Assembly: GCA_029550865.1 (NCBI GenBank)
Contig: JAKPGM010000079.1
Span: 27,323-91,322 of the forward strand
DNA: 64,000 nt
Source: Bacteroidota bacterium
GTDB lineage: Bacteria > Bacteroidota > Bacteroidia > Bacteroidales > DTGW01
Direction of reading: 5' to 3'
This document shows, piece after piece, positions 29,939-39,550 of this stretch. Numbering within the stretch: the first letter of the stretch is position 1; each line of letters begins with the position of its first letter. The position numbers were made by a program, and so were the translations under genes. Below the pieces are notes generated by a model. It searched no databases, was not told the DNA's origin, and saw nothing but the letters and a program-made list of their open reading frames with translations.

Positions 29939-31330
29939 ATGACTATACCTTCAATTCCAAAAGGAACACGCGACTTTGGTCCTACCGAAGTGGCTCGACG
30001 TAATTATATATTCAATACCATACGACAGGTTTTTGAATGTCATGGTTTTCAGCCAATTGAAACCCCAGCAATGGAAAACCTTTCAACCTTGCTGGGAAAA
30101 TATGGCGATGAGGGCGATAAACTACTTTTTAAAATTCTCAATTCAGGCGATTTTATTGGTGATTTACCTGCCTCGTCCTTCATTTCCGCCAATGCCTCTT
30201 TGCTTTCGACCAAGATATGTGAAAAAGGATTACGCTACGATCTTACGGTTCCTTTTGCCCGATATGTGGTACAACATCGTAACGAAATTGTTTTCCCCTT
30301 TCGCCGTTATCAGATTCAGCCGGTATGGCGTGCCGATAGGCCGCAGAAAGGGCGTTACCGCGAGTTTTATCAGTGCGATGCCGATGTCATTGGCAGTACC
30401 TCGTTGTTGAATGAGTACGAACTTATTCAGATTTTCGACGAAGTCTTTCAAAAATTGCAAATCAATGTGCGAATAAAAATTAATAACCGCAAGATACTGG
30501 CGGGTATGGCCGAAATTCTCGGTTATCCCGATAAACTCGTTGCCATAACTACGGCAATAGATAAAATTGAAAAGATAGGTTTCGACAGAGTAAAGGAAGA
30601 ATTGATAGCAGCCGGATTATCGGAAGAAGCCCTTTCGAAGCTGCAGCAGCTTTTGCAAATGACGCGACAGTCGAATGCGGAAAAAGTAGAGTTCATGCGC
30701 GAATGGCTTGCAGGTTCTGCAATTGGAAATACTGGTATCGACGAACTCGAAACCCTGTTGCAATTCTTTCAGCCTGGGGAATTACAAAATGTGCTTGAAT
30801 TTGACCTTTCGCTGGCTCGTGGGCTCAACTATTATACCGGTACCATATTTGAGGTTAAAGCTTTAAATGTGGAAGTTGGAAGCATAGCAGGCGGTGGACG
30901 CTACGATAATCTTACAGGAATTTTTGGACTCGAGGGTGTGTCGGGTGTGGGAATCTCGTTTGGTGCCGATCGTATTTACGATGTGCTCTTGCAATTGAAC
31001 AAGTTTCCTCAAAAACTTCTTGAAACCACCTGCGTGATGTTTGTGAATTTTGGGCTCGCCACAGTGCAGTATCTGTTGCCCATTATCAAACAATTGCGAC
31101 AGCAGGGTGTTTCAGCAGAGCTATACCCCGAAGAGGCTAAAATTAAAAAACAATTTAGCTATGCCAATGCTCGAAATATTCCTTATGTGGCAATAGCCGG
31201 TGATGAGGAAATGGCAAAAAATCAGATCATGATCAAACACATGGCGTCTGGGAATCAGCAAGCCGTCGACAAGAAGGAATTCGTGGGGCATTTCATTAGC
31301 TTGTTACAATCATCCCGTTCGGTCGAATAG
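29939..31330 (+). CDS. hisS: histidine--tRNA ligase
   Basis: [33 protein letters not shown] and GGGRYDNL class II motifs. Confidence 0.95.
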   Translation: MTIPSIPKGTRDFGPTEVARRNYIFNTIRQVFECHGFQPIETPAMENLSTLLGKYGDEGDKLLFKILNSGDFIGDLPASSFISANASLLSTKICEKGLRYDLTVPFARYVVQHRNEIVFPFRRYQIQPVWRADRPQKGRYREFYQCDADVIGSTSLLNEYELIQIFDEVFQKLQINVRIKINNRKILAGMAEILGYPDKLVAITTAIDKIEKIGFDRVKEELIAAGLSEEALSKLQQLLQMTRQSNAEKVEFMREWLAGSAIGNTGIDELETLLQFFQPGELQNVLEFDLSLARGLNYYTGTIFEVKALNVEVGSIAGGGRYDNLTGIFGLEGVSGVGISFGADRIYDVLLQLNKFPQKLLETTCVMFVNFGLATVQYLLPIIKQLRQQGVSAELYPEEAKIKKQFSYANARNIPYVAIAGDEEMAKNQIMIKHMASGNQQAVDKKEFVGHFISLLQSSRSVE

Positions 31331-31407
31331 TAGCTTCGGTAGGCACTACGCTGATAGGCTTTTGGTAGAACAACAAGTTAATTCAGGCACTCACAAAACA
31401 AATATTC

Positions 31408-32475
31408 ATGATCGAACGTGCCGATTTTCAAAATCGCCTTATCCAATGGTATTTGGAGAATGGGCGCGATTTGCCCTGGAGAAAAACCAACAATCCTTAC
31501 CACATCTGGATTTGTGAAATTATCCTGCAGCAAACCAGGGTTAATCAGGGTATGCCTTATTATTTTCGTTTTATCGATCGTTTTCCCGACGTTGCTTCCC
31601 TTGCCCGCGCTTCGGAGGATGAAGTGCTGGCTTACTGGCAAGGATTGGGTTATTATAGCAGGGCGCGAAATCTGTTGCTGGCTGCTCGCCAGATACAAAA
31701 AGATTACGGCGGAACTATTCCTGCCGATTATAATCAACTGCTTAAAATAAAAGGCGTTGGCAAATATACCGCAGGCGCTATTGCATCCATGGCCTTTAAT
31801 CTTCCATACCCTGCTATCGATGGTAACGTGTTTCGGGTGTTATCCCGGCTGTTCAATGATTCAACGCCTATCGATGGAAGTAATGCGTATAAATATTTCG
31901 AAAAACTGCTTCAACCAATATTCGACCCTGATCGTCCTTCGCTATTCAATCAGGCAATCATTGAATTGGGGGCTCTGGTATGTTTACCGCTCAATCCCAA
32001 TTGTGATTCTTGCCCGGTAAGCAACTATTGCCAGGCTCATAAACATGCTACTCAATCGTTATTGCCGGTAAAACAGAAAGCACTGCAGCCTAAAAAACGA
32101 TATTTTTATTATTTCGTCCTGCACGACAACGAATACATCATTCTGCGTAAACGAACAGATAATGATATCTGGAAGATGTTATACGATTTTCCATTGTTGG
32201 AGTATCCAGAAAAATTGGATGAACCCCTTGAACAACTAAAGCAAGCTGAATGGCCTGCACCATTGCTTCTTAGCTATGCTGCCGAGTTGAGCCACCCGGT
32301 ACGACATTTATTAACGCATCAACAGCTGTATATCTGGTTTGTACGTGTACATGTAGACCAGATACCTTCAATGCTGCCTCCCAACCATGTAAAAGTTCCA
32401 ATAAAAAAACTCAGCGAATGGCCTATTCCTAAAGTAATTGACAATTATTTAAAAAAAGAATTTGACTTGAGTTGA
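31408..32475 (+). CDS. mutY: A/G-specific adenine DNA glycosylase
   Basis: HhH-GPD region (LLKIKGVGKYTAGAI), the Fe-S cluster loop CLPLNPNCDSCPVSNYC and a NUDIX-like C-terminal domain. Confidence 0.92.
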   Translation: MIERADFQNRLIQWYLENGRDLPWRKTNNPYHIWICEIILQQTRVNQGMPYYFRFIDRFPDVASLARASEDEVLAYWQGLGYYSRARNLLLAARQIQKDYGGTIPADYNQLLKIKGVGKYTAGAIASMAFNLPYPAIDGNVFRVLSRLFNDSTPIDGSNAYKYFEKLLQPIFDPDRPSLFNQAIIELGALVCLPLNPNCDSCPVSNYCQAHKHATQSLLPVKQKALQPKKRYFYYFVLHDNEYIILRKRTDNDIWKMLYDFPLLEYPEKLDEPLEQLKQAEWPAPLLLSYAAELSHPVRHLLTHQQLYIWFVRVHVDQIPSMLPPNHVKVPIKKLSEWPIPKVIDNYLKKEFDLS

Positions 32476-32526
32476 TAATTTTTTTACCTTTCATCCGAAA
32501 TTTTTTTTTTTAATTTTTTACAGTGG

Positions 32527-32634
32527 TCGGATGGAACTCGCATGTAATATGTTTTGTACTCTAAAATCAAGCAGGAATGGAAAATTATTTTCATAGTCGT
32601 TTGTGAATTCTGCCATACATGCTCGTTTCATCCG
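32527..32634 (+). repeat. intergenic inverted-repeat element, copy e (core subfamily 1)
   Basis: TCGGATGGAACTCGCATGTAATATGTTTTGTACTCTAAAATCAAGCAGG...ACATGCTCGTTTCATCCGG, about 90% identical by eye to the reverse complement of copy a. Confidence 0.8.
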
Positions 32635-32656
32635 GAAAAAATATTTAAAAGATGTC

Positions 32657-32736
32657 ACGCTAAGAACGCAAAGCAACCGCAAAATTCGCAGAGATTTTCT
32701 TCGCGTTCTTAGCGTAAAACTTAGCGTTCTTTGCGT
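32657..32736. repeat. GC-richer imperfect palindrome built on GCGTTCTT(A/T)GCG-type motifs
   Basis: ACGCTAAGAACGCAAAG (32657-32673) faces CTTCGCGTTCTTAGCGT (32699-32715; 16/17 complementary), followed by a further direct partial copy TTAGCGTTCTTTGCGT (32721-32736). Confidence 0.6.
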
Positions 32737-32786
32737 TTTTAAATATGGTCAATTACAAACTCTTTTGTCCGAAAGTAATCTAATGG

Positions 32787-32890
32787 TCGGATGGAACTCG
32801 CATGTGATGAGTTTCCTACACATGGCAAGTACGAAAGTGATAAATATTTTCATAGTCGTTTGTGAATAATGTAATACATGCTTGTTTCTC
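32787..32890 (+). repeat. intergenic inverted-repeat element, copy f (core subfamily 2, decayed 3' end)
   Basis: TCGGATGGAACTCGCATGTGATGAGTTTCCTACACATGGCAAGTACGAAAGTG...ACATGCTTGTTTCTC, matching copy b. Confidence 0.75.
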
Positions 32891-32940
32891 AAAAAATTAT
32901 AGGCTTATATTTTTATAAAAATTCTTAAATACAAACTATT

Positions 32941-33393
32941 ATGTCGGTAAACAAAGTAATACTTATTGGAAATGTTGGGAAAGATCCCGAAGTACGTTAT
33001 ATCGAAAACGGGACTCCCGTATGTACATTGCCTGTCGCTACAAGCGAGAGCTATGTGAATAAAGCAGGCGAACGAGTAACCACCACCGAGTGGCACAATG
33101 TAGTTTTGTGGCGTTCATTGGCCGAAGTAGCCCAAAAATATGTTAAAAAGGGCACTCAGGTGTATGTCGAAGGTCGCATACGTAGCCGTTCGTACGATGA
33201 CAAGGATGGTAACAAGCGCTATACGACCGAAATTATTGCCTATACCTTTCAGCTGTTGGGTCGTCGTCAGGATGATGCAACGGGAGTAGCAACAGGGGCA
33301 GCCTCGCCTGAAGTTGCCTCCGAAGTTAAAGAACCACTTACTTCCGAGGATTTCGCTCTTCCTCCTAGCGAATCCGACGATTTGCCTTTTTAG
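32941..33393 (+). CDS. ssb: single-stranded DNA-binding protein
   Basis: OB-fold N-terminus MSVNKVILIGNVGKDPEVRY...TEWHNVV, a flexible tail and the acidic tip DDLPF. Confidence 0.95.
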   Translation: MSVNKVILIGNVGKDPEVRYIENGTPVCTLPVATSESYVNKAGERVTTTEWHNVVLWRSLAEVAQKYVKKGTQVYVEGRIRSRSYDDKDGNKRYTTEIIAYTFQLLGRRQDDATGVATGAASPEVASEVKEPLTSEDFALPPSESDDLPF

Positions 33394-33470
33394 ATGACCT
33401 CTTAATGTTTAGCTCATAATAATGGCTATTCTTTAGCATTTGCTGGTATAGTGCGCTTAAAATTTTAAGA

Positions 33471-33520
33471 CCCCCGAACGCAGTGTATGCATTTATTCCT
33501 GCACGAAGGGGTTTTATTTT
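33471..33520 (+). terminator. candidate rho-independent terminator after ssb
   Basis: CCCC..GCAG (33471-33482) pairs with CTGC..GGGG (33499-33511) around an internal loop, followed by TTTTATTTTGTTTT. Confidence 0.45.
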
Positions 33521-33589
33521 GTTTTAAAGAATCAACTCATGGAAGTTTTTCTTGAGATTTTTATTATGGAAATTGTAAGTTACATTGCC

Positions 33590-33597
33590 TAAATTTG
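33590..33597 (+). promoter_or_regulatory. candidate -7 promoter box (TAAATTTG) upstream of gldE
   Basis: Exact TAnnTTTG match 24 nt upstream of ATG 33621. Confidence 0.3.
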
Positions 33598-33620
33598 TAA
33601 ATGTTTTTACCGACTAATCC

Positions 33621-34943
33621 ATGGAAGAGGGAAGTTTTTTTTATGTCTACATCATTGAGGTATTAGCCATTCTTATTTTATTATTTTTATCGGCGTTATT
33701 TTCGGCCAGTGAAGTTGCATTTTTTTCCATACGCCCGGCAGATCGTAAACAATTAGAATCCCAAAAATCTCAGGCGTCAGTTAATATTCTTAAGTGCCTT
33801 GAAAATCCCGAAAAACTTCTGGCTACAATACTGATACTGAACAATACGGTAAACATTGGTATTGTTATCCTTTCAACTTATATAACTGCAGGATTACTTG
33901 ATCATCAGGCGTACCCTCTTTTAAGTTTTATAGTCGAAGTAGTGGTCATTACTTTCGTTATCGTGCTGGTAGGCGAGATTATTCCCAAAATATTTGCTAC
34001 ACGCAATAATATGCGGATAGTGTATTTTATGGCTGTTCCATTGCATTTTTTTATGTTAATACTAAGCCCAATAGTATATCCGCTTACGCGTTCGTCGGTA
34101 TTTGTTCGCAGGCGAATGCAGCGAATAGGTTCTGGCATTTCGGTCGATGACTTGTCGAATGCCCTTGAAATTACTTCAGATTCGCTTAAGGACGAGCGTA
34201 AAATGCTCGAGGGTATTGTGAAATTTGGCAATATCGAGGTATGCCAGATTATGAAACCCCGCTTGGATATTGTGGCTGTCAATTGGCGCGACGATTTCGT
34301 CAAAGTGCTTTCTTTGGTCGTTGAGTCGGGCTATTCCAGGCTACCAGTGTACGAAGATACGCTCGATAACATCAAAGGGATTTTGTTGGCCAAAGACCTT
34401 TTTCCCTATGTTAACGAAAAGTCCGATTTTCACTGGCAGGGTCTGGTAAAGCCTGCCTATTTTGTCCCCGAAACCAAAAAGATCGATGACCTGCTTACCG
34501 AGTTTCAACGAAACAAAATACACCTGGCCATTGTAGTGGATGAGCATGGTGGCACCAGCGGCCTGGTTACCATGGAAGATATACTCGAAGAAATTGTTGG
34601 AGAAATTGAGGACGAGTCGGATATTGAAGAGGAAAAACTTTACAAAAAATTGTCGGCCAACAGCTGGTTGTTCGAAGCTAAAATCTCTATGAATGACTTC
34701 TGTAAAGTCCTCCAGATATCCTATGATAATTTTCAAAATATTTCGGGAAACTACGAAACCTTGGCGGGGTTTATTCTTGAACTAACTGGAGAAATTCCAC
34801 CGAAGGGTACAAAAGTTAGCTTCAATAACCTTACCTTTGAGGTCGAAAATGTCGATAAAAAACGTATCCGACAGGTGAAGGTTTATATCAATAGCTCTGA
34901 TCATGGGAAAGGCAGTTTAAAAAATTCTAAGGTACACCATTGA
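33621..34943 (+). CDS. gldE: CNNM/CBS-pair/CorC-HlyC membrane protein, gliding-motility-associated GldE type
   Basis: N-terminal DUF21-type TM region, CBS pair and CorC_HlyC C-terminus. The ssb-gldE-gldD order matches what I recall as described for Flavobacterium johnsoniae. Confidence 0.8.
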   Translation: MEEGSFFYVYIIEVLAILILLFLSALFSASEVAFFSIRPADRKQLESQKSQASVNILKCLENPEKLLATILILNNTVNIGIVILSTYITAGLLDHQAYPLLSFIVEVVVITFVIVLVGEIIPKIFATRNNMRIVYFMAVPLHFFMLILSPIVYPLTRSSVFVRRRMQRIGSGISVDDLSNALEITSDSLKDERKMLEGIVKFGNIEVCQIMKPRLDIVAVNWRDDFVKVLSLVVESGYSRLPVYEDTLDNIKGILLAKDLFPYVNEKSDFHWQGLVKPAYFVPETKKIDDLLTEFQRNKIHLAIVVDEHGGTSGLVTMEDILEEIVGEIEDESDIEEEKLYKKLSANSWLFEAKISMNDFCKVLQISYDNFQNISGNYETLAGFILELTGEIPPKGTKVSFNNLTFEVENVDKKRIRQVKVYINSSDHGKGSLKNSKVHH

Positions 34944-35033
34944 TAAGGGTATTTGCTAAATTTCATAATTAGCATAGTAGATGTCGAGGAGAGGGAGTAA
35001 CAATGTCGAAAATTATATCATGATCAATAACAT

Positions 35034-35134
35034 AAATGAGGACGTATTACTCCATTTACAAACGGTAGGAAAATATTTTCATTTATATGCTTAACAATGT
35101 TTTAGTAAGTTCAAGACATGCGAGTTTCATTAGA
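35034..35134 (-). repeat. intergenic inverted-repeat element, copy g (degenerate)
   Basis: ...TTTACAAACGGTAGGAAAATATTTTCAT...ACATGCGAGTTTCATTAGACC aligns with copy a. The outer motif is mutated to TCGGATTAAA at 35159-35168. Confidence 0.5.
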
Positions 35135-35204
35135 CCCTGGAAATATTTATCATTGTTTTCGGATTAAATAAAAGTATTGTTGCAAATAATATTGTGAAAT
35201 TTCC

Positions 35205-35777
35205 ATGCGAAAAAAAATATTTGGGTTGTTGCTTTTATGGGCAGTTTTAAATGCGTGTAGACAAGCTGAAGTGCCACGTCCAGTTGGATATTTCAGGATC
35301 GACTTTCCTGAGAAATCATATCGAAGTTGCGACAGTACGTTACCCTATCGATTTGAGTATCCGGTATATGGCATCATTCGTCGTGACACCGCAAAAGATG
35401 CAGAGCCCTATTGGATAAACATTGAATTTCCGGCCTATAAAGGTAAGCTTCATATAAGTTACAAGCAAATTCATCGAAATCTTGCGTCATACATTGAAGA
35501 TACACGAAAGCTGGCCTATAAGCATACCATTAAAGCGGATGCTATCGACGAAATACTTATTCGGAATGATTCTGCTCGCGTTTACGGTTTAATTTACGAT
35601 ATCAAAGGTAATGCAGCCTCTTCGATGCAGTTTTTCCTGACCGATAGCGTGCGACACTTTTTACGGGGTGCTTTGTATTTTTCCTCTCAGCCCAATAAAG
35701 ATTCGCTCATGCCAGTGCTGGACTTTTTCAAAGCCGACGTAAATCATTTTATACAAACCTTGCGATGGAAAAATTAG
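35205..35777 (+). CDS. gldD: gliding motility lipoprotein GldD
   Basis: 190 aa with lipobox LNAC and N-terminal PRPVGYFRIDFPEKSY, which resembles the GldD N-terminus as I recall it. It lies directly downstream of gldE. Confidence 0.7.
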   Translation: MRKKIFGLLLLWAVLNACRQAEVPRPVGYFRIDFPEKSYRSCDSTLPYRFEYPVYGIIRRDTAKDAEPYWINIEFPAYKGKLHISYKQIHRNLASYIEDTRKLAYKHTIKADAIDEILIRNDSARVYGLIYDIKGNAASSMQFFLTDSVRHFLRGALYFSSQPNKDSLMPVLDFFKADVNHFIQTLRWKN

Positions 35778-35786
35778 GATAGGACT

Positions 35787-36419
35787 ATGGGATTGATTTT
35801 TAATCAAATGGTCGAAGAGGATTGCTTATTGGGTATTTGGGAAATTGAAGAAAACTACGATAGTCTTTTATCCCAACTCCAGTTAACCTCCGATGAGATG
35901 GCTACTGTTGAGAGTTTTAAAAATTATCAACGAAAGCTCGAATGGCTTAGCGTGCGATTATTGATCAATAAAATACTCAATAAACCTTGTTGTATTGTTT
36001 ACAACGAAAGTCGTAAGCCATTTTTGGAATGTAACACCTATCAAATCAGTATTTCGCATTCTCATCAGCTTACCTCTGTGCTGCTGAGCACAAAATATAA
36101 GGTGGGGATCGACCTTGAATATATGTCACACCAAATTCATCGCGTTGCGCATAAGTTTATCAACGAGAAAGAATACATCACTTCGGATATTAGTCTGCAA
36201 CGTTTGCATTTGTACATTCATTGGTGTGCCAAGGAAGCCCTTTATAAAATCTGCGATAAGCAGGACATTAATTTTAAACAGAATCTAACCATATTACCGT
36301 TCGAGGTTGGCTCACAGGGTACTATTATTGGTTATGTGGATAATCGTTTTGGTCATGAGGAGTTTCAATTACATTATACGACCTACGATGGGTATGTAAT
36401 TGTTTGGTGCAAAAAGTAA
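35787..36419 (+). CDS. 4'-phosphopantetheinyl transferase superfamily protein
   Basis: ISISHSHQL, GIDLE and WCAKEALYK motifs typical of Sfp/EntD-type PPTases. Confidence 0.75.
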   Translation: MGLIFNQMVEEDCLLGIWEIEENYDSLLSQLQLTSDEMATVESFKNYQRKLEWLSVRLLINKILNKPCCIVYNESRKPFLECNTYQISISHSHQLTSVLLSTKYKVGIDLEYMSHQIHRVAHKFINEKEYITSDISLQRLHLYIHWCAKEALYKICDKQDINFKQNLTILPFEVGSQGTIIGYVDNRFGHEEFQLHYTTYDGYVIVWCKK

Positions 36420-36422
36420 GCT

Positions 36423-37145
36423 ATGTCGATTTACCATCAAATTTTATCCTTTGATCATCCGCGGGTGGTGGTGTTGCTCGACCCTGGAAAGCAAGATATG
36501 CACTCGACTGAAAAAATCGTTGGACTTTGTAATGCATCGTCGGTGCCTTTTTTACTGGTTGGAGGAAGCCTGGTTCAGGACTTTCTTGATGATTATCTTT
36601 TAATGCTACGGAAATATACCACCTTGCCGCTTGTACTTTTTCCTGGCAACCTGATGCAGCTGAGCCGTCATGCCGATGCTATGCTGTTACTTTCGCTGGT
36701 ATCGGGTCGAAACCCCGAATTTCTGATTGGACAACATGTTGCGGCTGCGATGTATATTCGAAATACAGGTATTGAGGCTATTCCAACAGGCTACATGCTT
36801 ATCGATGGTGGAGGTTTTACGTCGGTACAATACATGACGCAAACATTGCCCATCCCTTCCGATAAAACTGATATAGCGGTAGCTACCGCAGTTGCCGCAG
36901 AGTTGCTCGGACATAAGCTTATTTATCTTGAGGCTGGTAGTGGTGCTAAACACCCTGTTCCTCCTGCAATGGTCGAAGAAGTCGCTAAAAATGTTAATAT
37001 TCCCATTGTAGTGGGGGGTGGGATTCGACAACCCCAGGAAATTGAAAATTATGCGCGAGCAGGTGCACGTGTAATTGTTCTTGGCAATTCTGTTGAAAAT
37101 AATCCCAATAATCTTCAAAAAATATTAGCCGACCTTCGCTGGTAG
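36423..37145 (+). CDS. geranylgeranylglyceryl/heptaprenylglyceryl phosphate synthase family protein (PcrB/GGGPS)
   Basis: 240-aa TIM-barrel protein with LLVGGS, YLEAGSGA and VVGGGIRQPQEIENYARAGARVIVLGN phosphate-binding motifs. Confidence 0.8.
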   Translation: MSIYHQILSFDHPRVVVLLDPGKQDMHSTEKIVGLCNASSVPFLLVGGSLVQDFLDDYLLMLRKYTTLPLVLFPGNLMQLSRHADAMLLLSLVSGRNPEFLIGQHVAAAMYIRNTGIEAIPTGYMLIDGGGFTSVQYMTQTLPIPSDKTDIAVATAVAAELLGHKLIYLEAGSGAKHPVPPAMVEEVAKNVNIPIVVGGGIRQPQEIENYARAGARVIVLGNSVENNPNNLQKILADLRW

Positions 37146-37309
37146 GATATCTTCCCTTTAACAGACTTTAACGTATCGATGCTCCAAAAAAATGTACTTT
37201 TGGGTGATATTATAGTATAAATTGCACTATTATTTACGTGCTGTATATGTTATTTCAATTGTCTTATCAATAGATGTCTGCATAATATAAAACATAAATA
37301 TATCGGTCG

Positions 37310-38827
37310 GTGAAAAAATTATATTTCTGGATATTATTCATTATTGTGGCAATAAGCCTGCTGGGTCTCATTGTACTACAGTCCCTGTGGATAAAAAATA
37401 CCATTGCTCAAAATCGACTCCTTTTTGAAAACCAGGTCAATATGGCGCTGGTGGATGTGGTGTCTTCGCTGGAAAAGGAAGAAACTGTTTTGTTTATCTC
37501 GAATGAAATGCAAAGTTTAAGCAAGGAAGAAAGTCAGGAATCCCAGCAAACATCACCACATTTAAATGTCAATAAAGAAATAGTGTTGCATCCCAAGAAG
37601 AGTGAAAAACAGAAAGTTACTGCTAAAATATCGGTATTGCCCAATGAAAAAAAGCAGGACGATTCCTTGCGGTTGAAGAATGGCACCACCTCGTCCTATG
37701 TTATTTCTATTTACCATAAAGCCAAGCTGGTCGAGCGCATTGTCAACCGAATGATAAACAGCAATTATGCAATTGAAGCCAGGGTTCCCCGACGATTACT
37801 CGAAAATACATTAACCACTGAGCTACAACTGAAAGGTATTAAGTTACCCTACGAATATGCCATTAAAGATGAGAACGGCGAAATACACATGGCTTCGGAA
37901 AATTATGTCGATACTGGCAAACAGCATAAATTTGTGGTCCGACTTTTTCCAAATGACATCTTTAATAAACCGTACTTCTTGTATATCTATTTTCCCCTTG
38001 CCCATCAGCACATCTATAAATCAATTTCAATAATGGTATTCTCCTCAATTGCGCTTACGCTAATAATAGTGTTTGTTATTGCTTATGCCATTTATATCAT
38101 TCTTAAGCAGAAAAAACTTTCAGAGGTAAAAACCGACTTTATCAATAATATGACCCATGAGCTAAAAACCCCTATATCCACTATTTCGTTAGCATCGCAG
38201 CTACTAGCCGACCCTAATGTTCCCCTGGAAAATAAAAATATCGAACACCTTGCCCGATTGTTGCTCGATGAAAGCAAGCGTTTAAGTACGCATGTGGAAA
38301 AGGTGCTGCACATTGCTGTTCTCGAAAAAAATAGCTTGCGGCTTCGTCTGAAAAACATTAATGTGCATGAACTGATAGAACAGATTGCCAACAATTTTTC
38401 TATTCAGCTAAAAAATAAAAATGGGAAACTTTTTACCGACTTTCAGGCTCAAAATCCAATTATAGAGGCCGACGAAACACATCTTACCAATATCATCATA
38501 AATCTTCTCGACAATGCTATAAAATATACCGATAAAGATCCTATCATTTTCATCAATACCACTAACACGGATGATGGAATTGTGATTTCGGTCAAAGACA
38601 ATGGTATTGGAATTAGTAAAGAGAACCTAAACAAAATTTTTGAGCAATTTTACCGCGTTCCTACGGGTAATATTCATAATGTAAAAGGTTTTGGGCTGGG
38701 TCTCAGCTATGTAAAAAAAATAGTCGAGGCACATCACGGTAAAATAAAGGTAGATAGCACTCTGCGAGAAGGCAGTACTTTTTCCATATATTTACCTTTT
38801 AATCCTAAAGTGGTACAAAATTTATAA
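37310..38827 (+). CDS. sensor histidine kinase
   Basis: Two TM helices flank an extracytoplasmic region. HisKA H-box FINNMTHELKTPIS, and HATPase N and G boxes (NLLDNAIKY, DNGIGI, GFGLGLS). GTG start. Confidence 0.85.
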   Translation: MKKLYFWILFIIVAISLLGLIVLQSLWIKNTIAQNRLLFENQVNMALVDVVSSLEKEETVLFISNEMQSLSKEESQESQQTSPHLNVNKEIVLHPKKSEKQKVTAKISVLPNEKKQDDSLRLKNGTTSSYVISIYHKAKLVERIVNRMINSNYAIEARVPRRLLENTLTTELQLKGIKLPYEYAIKDENGEIHMASENYVDTGKQHKFVVRLFPNDIFNKPYFLYIYFPLAHQHIYKSISIMVFSSIALTLIIVFVIAYAIYIILKQKKLSEVKTDFINNMTHELKTPISTISLASQLLADPNVPLENKNIEHLARLLLDESKRLSTHVEKVLHIAVLEKNSLRLRLKNINVHELIEQIANNFSIQLKNKNGKLFTDFQAQNPIIEADETHLTNIIINLLDNAIKYTDKDPIIFINTTNTDDGIVISVKDNGIGISKENLNKIFEQFYRVPTGNIHNVKGFGLGLSYVKKIVEAHHGKIKVDSTLREGSTFSIYLPFNPKVVQNL

Positions 38828-38851
38828 ATTAGAATATTAAAATATACAGCT

Positions 38852-39550
38852 ATGAATACAGTAAAAACAAGAGTACTATTAGCAGAGGATGATGAGAACC
38901 TGGGTAATTTATTAAAAGAATACCTTAAGGCTCGTAATTTCGAGGCCGAACTTTGTACCGATGGCGAAAAGGCTATGAAGAACCTTCAGCGGAATAAGTA
39001 CGACATTTGCATACTCGATGTCATGATGCCGAATATGGATGGATTTACCGTAGCTAAGGAAATCAGAAGGCTTAACAACGACATTCCCATTATTTTTCTT
39101 ACAGCCAAATCGATGAAAGATGATGTACTGGAAGGTTTTGCCAGTGGAGCCGATGATTACCTGACCAAGCCGTTTAGCATGGAAGAACTCATTTTTCGTA
39201 TTGAAGCCATTTTACGGCGTACTCAAAACAAAAATATCCAGGAGCAGAAGATTTTTCAATTGGCAGGTTATATTTTCGATAGTGAAAAACAAACACTTAC
39301 CTATAACGATAGGGTACAAAAGTTAACCACCAAAGAATCAGACCTGTTAAAGCTACTTTGTTTACATAAAAACAGCATACTCGAACGCAATTATGCTCTC
39401 AAAGCTATTTGGTCGGACGATAATTATTACAATGCTCGCAGCATGGATGTGTATATTACCAAGCTAAGAAAATACCTGAAAGAAGAACCTGCCATCCAGA
39501 TACTGAATATACATGGCAAGGGTTTTAAACTTATTGTGCCCGAAATATAG
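38852..39550 (+). CDS. OmpR-family response regulator
   Basis: Receiver domain (LLAEDD...ILDVMMP...LTAK) plus a winged-helix trans_reg_C domain. Confidence 0.9.
   Translation: MNTVKTRVLLAEDDENLGNLLKEYLKARNFEAELCTDGEKAMKNLQRNKYDICILDVMMPNMDGFTVAKEIRRLNNDIPIIFLTAKSMKDDVLEGFASGADDYLTKPFSMEELIFRIEAILRRTQNKNIQEQKIFQLAGYIFDSEKQTLTYNDRVQKLTTKESDLLKLLCLHKNSILERNYALKAIWSDDNYYNARSMDVYITKLRKYLKEEPAIQILNIHGKGFKLIVPEI

Noticed and set aside
32603-32869. 88-aa plus-strand ORF between mutY and ssb
   Set aside because: It is composed entirely of repeat copy e, the GCGTTCTT palindrome and repeat copy f, so it is most likely non-coding.
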